DNA of 64,000 bases, filler included, from Chlamydiia bacterium (GTDB lineage Bacteria; Chlamydiota; Chlamydiia; Chlamydiales; FEN-1388), in the NCBI GenBank assembly GCA_903848235.1. It is 7 parts of 7 records of this genome, joined end to end, with 100 filler letters (N's around TTAATTAATTAA, not from the genome) between each part and the next. Parts side by side here need not be neighbours in the genome. Positions count along the whole stretch, not along the records: positions 12,397 to 34,554 come from CAINFV010000057.1; 6 more parts are not named here. One strand, 5' to 3'. The notes under the pieces were generated by a model. That model had not been told where the DNA came from, searched no databases, and was given only the letters and a program-made list of their open reading frames with translations. The position numbers were made by a program, and so were the translations under genes. Positions 19,849-28,291 of the stretch are shown here, in pieces. The stretch's first letter is position 1, and each line of letters begins with the position of its first letter.

Positions 19849-20010
19849 TATACAGGTTCTAATTGAAAGTTGCATACCTGCCATCGAAAAAGTCCGCATC
19901 TTCGAGTCGGTAAAAACAACCCCTACTTCCAGTAGCGGGTCTGTTTTTGCCGATCGAATCTGCGAACTTTTTCTTCGGCATCTATCCAACTTTCAAGTAG
20001 AAGCGGTATA
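19849..20010. repeat. 162-bp palindromic MITE/ERIC-like element family A, copy 1
   Basis: TIRs TATACAGGTTCTAATTGAAAGTTG / CAACTTTCAAGTAGAAGCGGTATA; imperfect hairpin over its whole length; related copy at 34400. Confidence 0.85.
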
Positions 20011-20173
20011 TGCGCAGCATTCTCAGTTCTGTAGTTTCAAACAGCGAGATGCCAGCAGCAATCTGCCATGCGATGGCTGAATTGCCAATTAGTGTAGGCA
20101 GTTGTTGTAAATAATTTGATAACAAAAAAAATATTTCTTATGTAAAGGTGGGGAAAAAAGACAGGGGATATGT

Positions 20174-21685
20174 ATGAGCGAAACAATTCTGCCAGAACCA
20201 CCGAAGTTAGCTGCTGTTTGGGAGGCTGCTAAAGCCGTGAGTTCGGAATTTAATCGAGATACACTCACTCGTGTTAACTGCGAACATGTTTTGGATGCAT
20301 ATACAGGAAAAACGCGATTACAGGCCGTTACAGGAAAACCGCAATTCCAGGAAGGTCCTGCTTTCGGCAAGCCGGAGCGGGACACCGGCTTTGATGCAGG
20401 GCCAGCGAGACAACTGGCTGAGAGAGTTATCCAGGAGCACTCGGGCCTGGAAGGGAAAGAACGTAAGGCGGCGCTTGGCATTGCGACGAGCATCAGGGGC
20501 TCGCGAAATTTTAGAGAGCTTTCTAGACAAACTCAAATTGACCTGGCAAAGGCAATTGCCACTATGCAAGAGGGTCCTGTGGCAAAATCACCTTTTTCTT
20601 GGATTGGAAGCGCATTTCGCACAGCGAAGGCGGTCCTATCTGTGCTCTTCCATCCGGTGAGCTGGGAGGAGGGATTATTAAAGATTCATGGCGCACAATA
20701 TGACGGATATGAGTTAAAAACGTATAAATCACTCCCCGAGGACTTACGAAAGAACCCAACGTTTCTATTGGAAGCAATTGGCCGAGCGTCTAGGCTTTTG
20801 GATCATGTGGATGAATTTGAACTATCCGAGAGCGATAAGGTGGTTCTCCTCGCAGAGGTATGCAAACGAAAGTTCCCTGGTGTGGAGGAGGGTAAAACTT
20901 TGTTTGATATGCGACTAGATCTCAATAGTGATGCGAATAGAATATGGCAAGATGGCAATGCTCAAGCGAAGAAAGAATTCTGCTTTTCATTGAACGATAA
21001 ACAGATCAAAGATTTATTGGCCCTTGTTCCCGGTTTTACTGTACGTCGGTTCCTCGATGAGCCTAGTCAAGGGCGCTACGATGCCGTTATGCGTGAAAAA
21101 GTGGGGGTAGGAACCGATAAATCTGTGGTATATGCGCTGTATAGGAAATTAAAAGGCGAGCTACCCAGAGATCAGCGGGAAGAAGCTATAAAAATGTTGC
21201 AGGAGGATTCAAAACAGCCTGATCGAGCGGATGATAAAGAGTATGTTTCTAAACTTAAAGAATTCCTGGGTGAAGAGAGGGAGGATTATTCGCTTATACT
21301 TGGTTTCGATCCTCAGGTTGCCGCTAAAGCTATAGAGCGGGGTGCGTCGACTGACTCGGTAAATACCAAGTTAGCGATTTTCTTGTTGAAAACGCTCAAA
21401 AGTGATGAAACATCTTCTGATGCAAAAGCGAATGCCCGAACGTTGCTTATTTCCCTTTGGCAAACTCTAAATTTTGAGCAAAAAAATTATGAGGCGGTGA
21501 ACGAGATTGCGGTTGGATTGGCAGCGGACGCGGAGCTCCTTTCAAAGACACCTTCAGTCTTCCTTTCGGTGATCGTTGCTACTTTGAGGGCTTCACGTAA
21601 AGATCCCAATCCCAAATTGTCTGAAGTCAATTTAGAGAAATTGTTGGAGAAGATGTCTGAAAAGCAAAAAAGCGAACTTATTTGA
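20174..21685 (+). CDS. hypothetical protein (effector-like, one DUF4116-like segment)
   Basis: 503-aa ORF with AGGGG SD; YKSLPEDLRKNPTFLLEAI segment. Confidence 0.75.
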   Translation: MSETILPEPPKLAAVWEAAKAVSSEFNRDTLTRVNCEHVLDAYTGKTRLQAVTGKPQFQEGPAFGKPERDTGFDAGPARQLAERVIQEHSGLEGKERKAALGIATSIRGSRNFRELSRQTQIDLAKAIATMQEGPVAKSPFSWIGSAFRTAKAVLSVLFHPVSWEEGLLKIHGAQYDGYELKTYKSLPEDLRKNPTFLLEAIGRASRLLDHVDEFELSESDKVVLLAEVCKRKFPGVEEGKTLFDMRLDLNSDANRIWQDGNAQAKKEFCFSLNDKQIKDLLALVPGFTVRRFLDEPSQGRYDAVMREKVGVGTDKSVVYALYRKLKGELPRDQREEAIKMLQEDSKQPDRADDKEYVSKLKEFLGEEREDYSLILGFDPQVAAKAIERGASTDSVNTKLAIFLLKTLKSDETSSDAKANARTLLISLWQTLNFEQKNYEAVNEIAVGLAADAELLSKTPSVFLSVIVATLRASRKDPNPKLSEVNLEKLLEKMSEKQKSELI

Positions 21686-21748
21686 GCGTTGGGAGAGCGG
21701 CTCTTTAGTTATACGGCCATCATCTTCAGGAGATTTTTTCTCATTGTA

Positions 21749-21776
21749 GTGGAGGGCCTGTTTCTAGGCCCTTCAC
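21749..21776. terminator. hairpin between convergent genes
   Basis: GTGGAGGGCCT-GTTTCT-AGGCCCTTCAC. Confidence 0.6.
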
Positions 21777-21791
21777 TTCGTGTTCCACCGT

Positions 21792-23117
21792 TTACAATGA
21801 CTGTTGAGGGATGGCTTGTGTTTCAAGGACGGGATGTCCTTTCCACGCAATCCACATAAGGGCCGCTACGTGGGGGACCGCTGCCAGAGCGATAAAGAGA
21901 TCTGAATATCCCCAAAAGGTCGTCACATCCGAGATAGCGCCATAGAAGATGGCGACAGCACAGATGGCAAAATAGAGAGTAAGATGGCGACGTTGTGTCA
22001 GGAAGAGGAAACACTGACTTCCGTTGTAGGCGTTGCCGAGGACGGTGCCCACGGAAAAGAGAAACGCTGCAATGCCGACGATCGCTATTCCAGCCCATGA
22101 AAAATAGATCTCAAACGACCGTACCACCATCGAGATTCCAAGTGGCAGCGTCTGGTCTTGCCAGGTGTTGGTGATCAGCGCCACAAGTCCGCCAAGGATT
22201 GCTACCAGCCCCGCTGAGTAGATAGAGATCATGGCGATGATTCCTTGATGTGTTGGGTTGCTCGTCTGCGCCATAGAATGGGGGAATGTTTGTGTGCCAA
22301 GACCTGCCTCTGTGCAGTGAACACCCTTGAAGATTCCCCATCGCATTGCACTAGCAATTCCTCCGAGCAGCGTCCCGCTAGCAAAAGCACATGGAGAGAC
22401 GCACGAAGAGCAGATGACGGAGAAGATACTCGGAAGCTTGTCAATGTTTGCTCCTATAATCCAGAGGCATCCTCCAACATAGAGAGTGAACATCACAGGA
22501 ACGAGCTTTGCCGACAGGTCTGCAATCCACTGAATCCCTTTTCCAAGAAGAAGGAGGACGAAAAGAGCAAGAAAGAACCCGGTTGCCTCCTTAGGAATGT
22601 TTAATGGTGTGAAAAGCTGAGAGTCAAACAAAGCTGCCAGCTGGTTTGATTGAGCTCCGGACCATGCGGCAAGGAGGATGAAGGTGCAGAGGGCATACCA
22701 CTTCGCAAGGGAGGAAGACACAAGGTCGCGCAGGTACTGCATCGGCCCTCCTTCGATGGTCCCGTTTGACAGTCGCTTTCTATGTGCTACACAAAGCGAT
22801 ACTTCAGTGAAGGTTGTGGCGGCGCCAAAAAGGCTTGCTAAGAGATAGCCAACCAGAGCGCCGGGCCCCCCGAGCTTGATGGCAATCACGGGTGAGATCA
22901 TCGTGCCAAGGCCAAGGGTGGTCGACATGGCAGTAAAGAGGGCTCTTTTAGGGACCACAGTATGCGAGTCTTTCCCTGTTTCCTCCCGTTGAAACAAGGT
23001 GCGTATCATGACTGGGAGCGTGCGAATCTGTACAAACCGGGTTCGGATGCTCAAAAAAATACTTGCAGCTAGGAGAATAAGGGCAGCAAAAAATAAAATT
23101 TGATCAATATATGACAT
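21792..23117 (-). CDS. alanine/glycine:cation symporter (AGCS) family amino-acid transporter
   Basis: About 10-11 TM segments; AIKLGGPGAL, GGPMQY, QSNQ and GIFKGVHCTEAGLG family motifs. Confidence 0.92.
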   Translation of the reverse strand: MSYIDQILFFAALILLAASIFLSIRTRFVQIRTLPVMIRTLFQREETGKDSHTVVPKRALFTAMSTTLGLGTMISPVIAIKLGGPGALVGYLLASLFGAATTFTEVSLCVAHRKRLSNGTIEGGPMQYLRDLVSSSLAKWYALCTFILLAAWSGAQSNQLAALFDSQLFTPLNIPKEATGFFLALFVLLLLGKGIQWIADLSAKLVPVMFTLYVGGCLWIIGANIDKLPSIFSVICSSCVSPCAFASGTLLGGIASAMRWGIFKGVHCTEAGLGTQTFPHSMAQTSNPTHQGIIAMISIYSAGLVAILGGLVALITNTWQDQTLPLGISMVVRSFEIYFSWAGIAIVGIAAFLFSVGTVLGNAYNGSQCFLFLTQRRHLTLYFAICAVAIFYGAISDVTTFWGYSDLFIALAAVPHVAALMWIAWKGHPVLETQAIPQQSL

Positions 23118-23156
23118 ACAAAACCTAAGTTTTTGTCGTTTAGGAAATAGCTTTTA

Positions 23157-23197
23157 TAATAAAAAGAGAGAAGTCAGTTACTGCTGTAACTGATTCT
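23157..23197 (-). terminator. putative attenuator terminator overlapping the leader peptide stop
   Basis: Minus strand AGAATCAGTTAC-AGCA-GTAACTGACTTCT followed by CTCTTTTTT, about 40 nt upstream of the transporter ATG. Confidence 0.6.
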
Positions 23198-23300
23198 GGA
23201 TGGATTGATTATTATTATTGAGGAGGGCGATGAGGGAGCAGAGCGTGGGCATAGAACACGTCTTCATGATAGAGCAAGAGAGCGGACAACACGGATCCAT
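23178..23300 (-). CDS. putative 40-aa leader peptide MDPCCPLSCSIMKTCSMPTLCSLIALLNNNNQSIQNQLQQ
   Basis: GGAGG SD 7 nt before ATG; Asn/Gln cluster at the C-terminus; directly upstream of the AGCS transporter. Confidence 0.6.
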   Translation of the reverse strand: MDPCCPLSCSIMKTCSMPTLCSLIALLNNNNQSIQNQLQQ

Positions 23301-23641
23301 AAGGAGTCCTCCTTTGTTTTTTTCAAATGGCTGGGTTCCTGCAGGCAACACTGCCGCAGTTATGACATAAGTATCATGTGACTGAAATAATTAAGGCAAA
23401 TACTTTTTTGATGGGTCTATTCGACACCTACGATAGTTTTGACAGGATCAGCGAGGTCATCTTGTCAAAATCCTCAGGCGCTCAATCATTGGTTTCACGC
23501 TTAGGGACCCATTGGGAGGGTTCGAGTAATCGGCTATCACATAATTAAGATAAGTACTATCTATGAGAGACGTTCCTGAATCGCCTCTTCGATATTTTTT
23601 GATCGTTCAAAAAATTGCTAGTATGATTTCTTTGTTGATAC

Positions 23642-24563
23642 GTGGTTATTTTTAGGAGGCCACCTATGTCTCTGGACACAAGGATCACGTTAGTTCTTTC
23701 CGAGGGAGGGAATTCCTTCAGCTTAAAAAGCAGTGGTGCATCTACCTTTCCAGAACTAGAAGAAGTAGCATCTACCTTTCCGCAAGTAGAAGAAGCACTA
23801 TCTTGTGTTACATCTAAACAGGTGCTTGCCTTTTTAGAGAAAATTAAGGGCTTACAGGTCGTTGAGTATCTGGCTTTTGCTCAGCACCACGAAAATGCTT
23901 CCGATGCCACCATGGCCGCCTTTCCATATCCAGAATCAGAAGACCTGCCGTGCAATCTAGATGACCTCATAGCCTCTGTGAAGTTAAATATTTTAGATGA
24001 GAATGAGTTCATGAGAATTGTAAAACGGAAAAAATGGTGTGTTCTTCACTAGCTCATCCAATGACGGCAAGGAGACCCATTCCTTCAGGAATGGGAGGAA
24101 TTGCCGTCATTGGATGAGCACAAAGAGAATGCCCGAAAGATACTATGCTCTCTTCCTGTGGGAGATTTGTCTCCTGATGTGCAAAAGTTGCTTGTGGGTT
24201 GGTGCAGTACAGGACAAAATGCTCTTGGGAATGTTGAAGTCCCTGGGAAATTTGCCCGCTGAGGTGCAAATGAGTCTTATTGACAGACTAGGAATCGACA
24301 AAAAGTCCATTTCTCAATTGAAACCAGAGGAGGCTGCCAGCCTCTATATGACGTTAGTGGAAAAAGCGCTAGGTGACAAATCAGTCGACTCTAAGAAAAA
24401 AGTAAACTCGTTCTATATGAAAATGAGTATCGACCAAATGCGCGCTGCGAATGGACAAGTTGCCATTCGCTATGGGCAATTAACGGATGCAAAATCCAAG
24501 GATGATTTACTATCGACTATGCCTTTATTACAAAGTGAATTTGTGACGCATTTATTTCATTAA
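23642..24563 (+). pseudogene. probable frameshifted hypothetical gene (two overlapping ORFs, 23642-24052 and 24039-24563)
   Basis: AGGAGG SD before MSLDTR; ORFs overlap at an A-run (CGGAAAAAATGG); the second ORF lacks a clear SD; 30-bp tandem repeat ASTFPELEEV/ASTFPQVEEA. Confidence 0.45.
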
Positions 24564-24618
24564 ACAGAGTGAATGTGTTCTCTCTGTGTAGTTGTCCAAC
24601 ATATTCTTGCACAGTCTC

Positions 24619-25386
24619 TTAGTGAAACCTCTCAGGAAGGCCCAACAGGTCGCGGATAGCCTGCGTCGTTGTGTCACGCCCTGCAGCAGCAATAGCATCG
24701 GTGAGCGGAATTTTCTTCGGGCAGACACGAAGGCAGTTCTGGGCATTGCCGCAGCTGGCGATACCACCTCTTTCTTGGAGGAAGCGCGCTCGTTCTGGCT
24801 GGAGGATGCGTGCTGTGGGGTGGATAGAAAAGAGACGGTACTGCCCTATAGCAGCGGCGCCAATAAACGGAGAGTGAGAGTTGACTTGCGGGCACGCTTC
24901 TAGGCAGCAGCCACAGGTCATACATGTCGAATGGCGGTACATGACCTCCTGCTGTGTCTGTGTGACTTCAGGCCCAGAGCCCGCAGGATAGTAGCCATCA
25001 ACAGGGACCCATGCCTGGAGATGTTTTAGATGCGTAAACATCATAGTACGGTCTACATACAGGTCGCGGATGAGAGGGAACTTCGTGAAGGGGGCGAGGG
25101 TGACGACAGGAGAGCCCGTCTCACGGACGATGGTATTGAGGATGGCGCTGCATGCCTGTCGCGGTATGCCGTTGATGAGCATGGAGCATGAGCCGCAGAC
25201 CTCTTCTAAGCACCCAGACTCCCACACGACAGGAGTCGTCGGCATCCCATGGATGGTCACGGGGTTTTTTTGAATTTCCATGAGAGCTGAGATGACATTA
25301 TACCTGGGTTTGAGTTCGAGATCGAACTGCTCCCAGTATTGCTGTCCTGGAACTCCACGGAAGATATTGAGTATGATCATTTCCAT
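24619..25386 (-). CDS. sdhB: succinate dehydrogenase iron-sulfur subunit
   Basis: CLEEVCGSC, CMTCGCCLEACP and CGNAQNCLRVCP Fe-S motifs. Confidence 0.97.
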   Translation of the reverse strand: MEMIILNIFRGVPGQQYWEQFDLELKPRYNVISALMEIQKNPVTIHGMPTTPVVWESGCLEEVCGSCSMLINGIPRQACSAILNTIVRETGSPVVTLAPFTKFPLIRDLYVDRTMMFTHLKHLQAWVPVDGYYPAGSGPEVTQTQQEVMYRHSTCMTCGCCLEACPQVNSHSPFIGAAAIGQYRLFSIHPTARILQPERARFLQERGGIASCGNAQNCLRVCPKKIPLTDAIAAAGRDTTTQAIRDLLGLPERFH

Positions 25387-25395
25387 AACAACTCC

Positions 25396-27282
25396 TTACA
25401 GAGGCAGCACCAATGTTTCTGGGAGCCCCTCAAAATGGGGGACTACTTTGGCAGCGACCGTATAGTCGCGCTTTTGAGGTTTTATATACCGACAGTCAAC
25501 AGGCTTATAGGTGATGATAGGAGTGTCGGGGCGGTACTCGGCAATAGTGGTCTTCAGCCAGTCGGTATCGTTGAGCTCTGGAAAGTCCGTCTTGAAATGG
25601 CCTCCACGGGATTCATTTCTAAGAAGCGCCCCTTTGGTAATGACAATGGCAATCTCGAGCATGCTTTCAAACTCATGGGCAAGCTGAAGCGTTTGGTTGA
25701 TCGTCGCTGTTCCTTTATCACTGAGGGTGATATGAGCAAAGCGCTCTCTGATTTCATAGATCTTTTCAAGAGTCGCCGCTAGGTCGGCGTTATTTCTCTT
25801 CACAGTGACATTGCGGACAAGCCAGTCAGCCAGCTCTTCGTGCAGCTGATGGACATTTTCAGGTCCAGACCGTGCGATGAGCTCCTGCCGTTTTTTCTCT
25901 TCTATCGCTAGCGCGGCATTAAGATAGGAGGGGGATGTCGGGTCCTGAGGAAGCGCTGCTAGGTAGCGAGGTATCTCTTGTGCCGCAACAAGGCCGCCGA
26001 ACATGGCGGAGAGAAGAGAGTTCGCCCCGAGGCGATTGGCACCATGGTATTCGAAGTCTGCTTCTCCCACGACAAAGCAGCCGGGGATATTCGTCATCTG
26101 GCGGTAGCGCGTCGCACGGTTGGCATCTTCTTGTGCTGGCCAGTCGACATAGGCGCCGCCCATCGTGTAGTGGACGCCGGGGAAGATACGCATGGGAGTG
26201 GTTTTTGGATCGTCGCCAGTGAATTTATGGTAGAGGTCAAGGACAGCTTCTAAGCGGTCGAGGTTGGCCTTCGGAAGATGGCGTACGTCAAGGAAAACCT
26301 GATTTTGGCCATCGATGCCAAGCCCCATCTCGCAGATGCGAAGGAGCTCGCGAGAAGCGATGTCTCTTGGAATGAGGTTTCCATAGGCAGGATAAAGCTC
26401 TTCGAGGAAATACCAAGGCTCTCCAGTGACACCGCAGGGGATAACATGGCCATCGGGCGTTGTGATCGTTTTGCTGCTGTCGCCATACGTCCAGATACGG
26501 CCTCCTTCTCCACGTACGGACTCAGAGATCAGCCTGAGCTTATCGGCACCAGGAATTGCCGTGGGGTGGATCTGGATGAACTCCCCATTGGCGTAGAGCA
26601 TCCCTTGCATGAAGAGACGCCCTATAGCGGCTCCCGTGCTGGAGATAGAGTTGGTGGACTTCCTAAAGATCCCTCCAAGCCCTCCTGTTGCTATGACGAC
26701 GACATCAGCTGCCATTGTCATCAGCTTGCCTGTGTAGATATCCTGCAGGACGATCCCCACAGCTCGTCCATGCTCATCCCTCGCTAGCCTTAAGAATTCA
26801 TGATGCTCGTAGCGGGAGACCCTGTTTTTTGTCTCTTGGAAGCGCACCTGTTCGTCAAGGGTATAGACAACCTGCTGGCCTGTCGTAGATCCACAGAAGA
26901 GCGTCCTAGAATAGAGTGTCCCCCCGAAGCGCCGAGCATCGAGCTTGCCTTCTATGGTTCTGTTAAAAGGGCAGCCCATACGCGCGAGGAGTTCGAGCAT
27001 ATGAGGTGCTGTCATACACATCGTTACCACCGGCGGCTGGTCAGCGAAGAAAACCCCGCCTTTAATCGTCTCATAAGCGTGGATGAGGGGTGAGTCATCT
27101 TCATTTTTTGTGTTCAAGGCCGCATTCATCCCGCCCTGCGCACATACGGAATGCGATCGCTTGGCATTTGTCAGGCAGACGAGGTCTACATGGACCCCTT
27201 GTGCAGCAAGTTTCATCGTACAGGCAAGGCCTGACAGCCCACCGCCGACGACAATAGCATGGAACGGATTGTTCGAAGCCAT
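25396..27282 (-). CDS. sdhA: succinate dehydrogenase flavoprotein subunit
   Basis: VGGGLSG, RSHSVCAQGG, QIHPT, HYTMGG, HGANRLGANSL and RNESRGGH; start MASNNPF after an AGGGG SD. Confidence 0.97.
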   Translation of the reverse strand: MASNNPFHAIVVGGGLSGLACTMKLAAQGVHVDLVCLTNAKRSHSVCAQGGMNAALNTKNEDDSPLIHAYETIKGGVFFADQPPVVTMCMTAPHMLELLARMGCPFNRTIEGKLDARRFGGTLYSRTLFCGSTTGQQVVYTLDEQVRFQETKNRVSRYEHHEFLRLARDEHGRAVGIVLQDIYTGKLMTMAADVVVIATGGLGGIFRKSTNSISSTGAAIGRLFMQGMLYANGEFIQIHPTAIPGADKLRLISESVRGEGGRIWTYGDSSKTITTPDGHVIPCGVTGEPWYFLEELYPAYGNLIPRDIASRELLRICEMGLGIDGQNQVFLDVRHLPKANLDRLEAVLDLYHKFTGDDPKTTPMRIFPGVHYTMGGAYVDWPAQEDANRATRYRQMTNIPGCFVVGEADFEYHGANRLGANSLLSAMFGGLVAAQEIPRYLAALPQDPTSPSYLNAALAIEEKKRQELIARSGPENVHQLHEELADWLVRNVTVKRNNADLAATLEKIYEIRERFAHITLSDKGTATINQTLQLAHEFESMLEIAIVITKGALLRNESRGGHFKTDFPELNDTDWLKTTIAEYRPDTPIITYKPVDCRYIKPQKRDYTVAAKVVPHFEGLPETLVLPL

Positions 27283-27292
27283 AGATCCCCTT

Positions 27293-28282
27293 TTATGAAT
27301 AGAGAGTAACCCAATAGGTAAGCCAGATGCTGGAAAGGCCTCCTGCCAAGAGGGCAGCCCCAAGCATCACTCCAATACCTCGTATGACACGGCGTCCGCC
27401 TTCGTTAAGTGGTATTCCCCATGAGATGGAAAATGTCCACAGCCCATTGGCAGCATGGAAAGCAGCAGCAGTGACGAAAACAGTGTATAGAGCACATATC
27501 CAGAGAATACGGAAGTTCTCACGGACGATAAGAAGACAGGCGGTGCCAAAGTCCTCACACAGCGCTGTCCACTGCACCTCTGTTGGCTGAAGGGAGGCGA
27601 TGAACGCATGTGTTGACTTAAGGCGGTCTTTCTGTAGCTCTTCTGCAGCCTGCAATGAAGGGGTAAGAGCTCGTTGTATTTGGTGGTCTGCAGTGCGCAT
27701 TCGAAGCTGTATGAAGGCGAGTAGAGGCGCTTGTGAGTCAGGGGTGATGAGAGTTGCCTTCAGGCGCGGCGATAGCGTGAGGAGGCCAGGATCTGCAGCA
27801 ACGGGAATAGCGAACTTCGTACCAGGGGTGGAAGTGACTTCTTGAGGGCGCTGGAGGAACCGCATCGAGGTAACATGAGCGATAACGCCGAAGACAATGA
27901 TGACGGCGGTGATGCGCTGCCAGGTGAAAGCGTGATTGCGACTGTAGCGTGTCAGGCTCGGCCGCGATCCATCGGAAGAAAATGAGTTATACCGTGCTTC
28001 GCAGAAATACAGGATGCCAAGAAGAATATGGATGCCAATAGGGACGGCGAGGAGGAAGAATTCGATGAAGTTTAAGTACGGCAGAGACTGGAGGAAATTC
28101 ACAGCCCTGACAAAGCCCGAGCCCTGTTCTCCTATCAGCAGAGCAGACTCTGAATTTGTCATCATGTGCTCGGCTAAGAAGAGAATGAAAAAAAGCCCAG
28201 CGATAGAATGAAGACGCCGAAAGAGAAATGCCTTTGGCAGGCTCTTCGGAAGAGGCAGATTGTCATAAGGGTCATTTACCAT
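27293..28282 (-). CDS. sdhC: succinate dehydrogenase cytochrome b558 subunit
   Basis: RRLHSIAG, EH, QRITA and FHAANGLWTF heme-ligand motifs; upstream of sdhA. Confidence 0.93.
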   Translation of the reverse strand: MVNDPYDNLPLPKSLPKAFLFRRLHSIAGLFFILFLAEHMMTNSESALLIGEQGSGFVRAVNFLQSLPYLNFIEFFLLAVPIGIHILLGILYFCEARYNSFSSDGSRPSLTRYSRNHAFTWQRITAVIIVFGVIAHVTSMRFLQRPQEVTSTPGTKFAIPVAADPGLLTLSPRLKATLITPDSQAPLLAFIQLRMRTADHQIQRALTPSLQAAEELQKDRLKSTHAFIASLQPTEVQWTALCEDFGTACLLIVRENFRILWICALYTVFVTAAAFHAANGLWTFSISWGIPLNEGGRRVIRGIGVMLGAALLAGGLSSIWLTYWVTLYS

Positions 28283-28291
28283 ATCGCATCC

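Noticed and set aside
19823..20080. 85-aa ORF
   Set aside because: Largely reads through the family A palindromic element and has no protein features.
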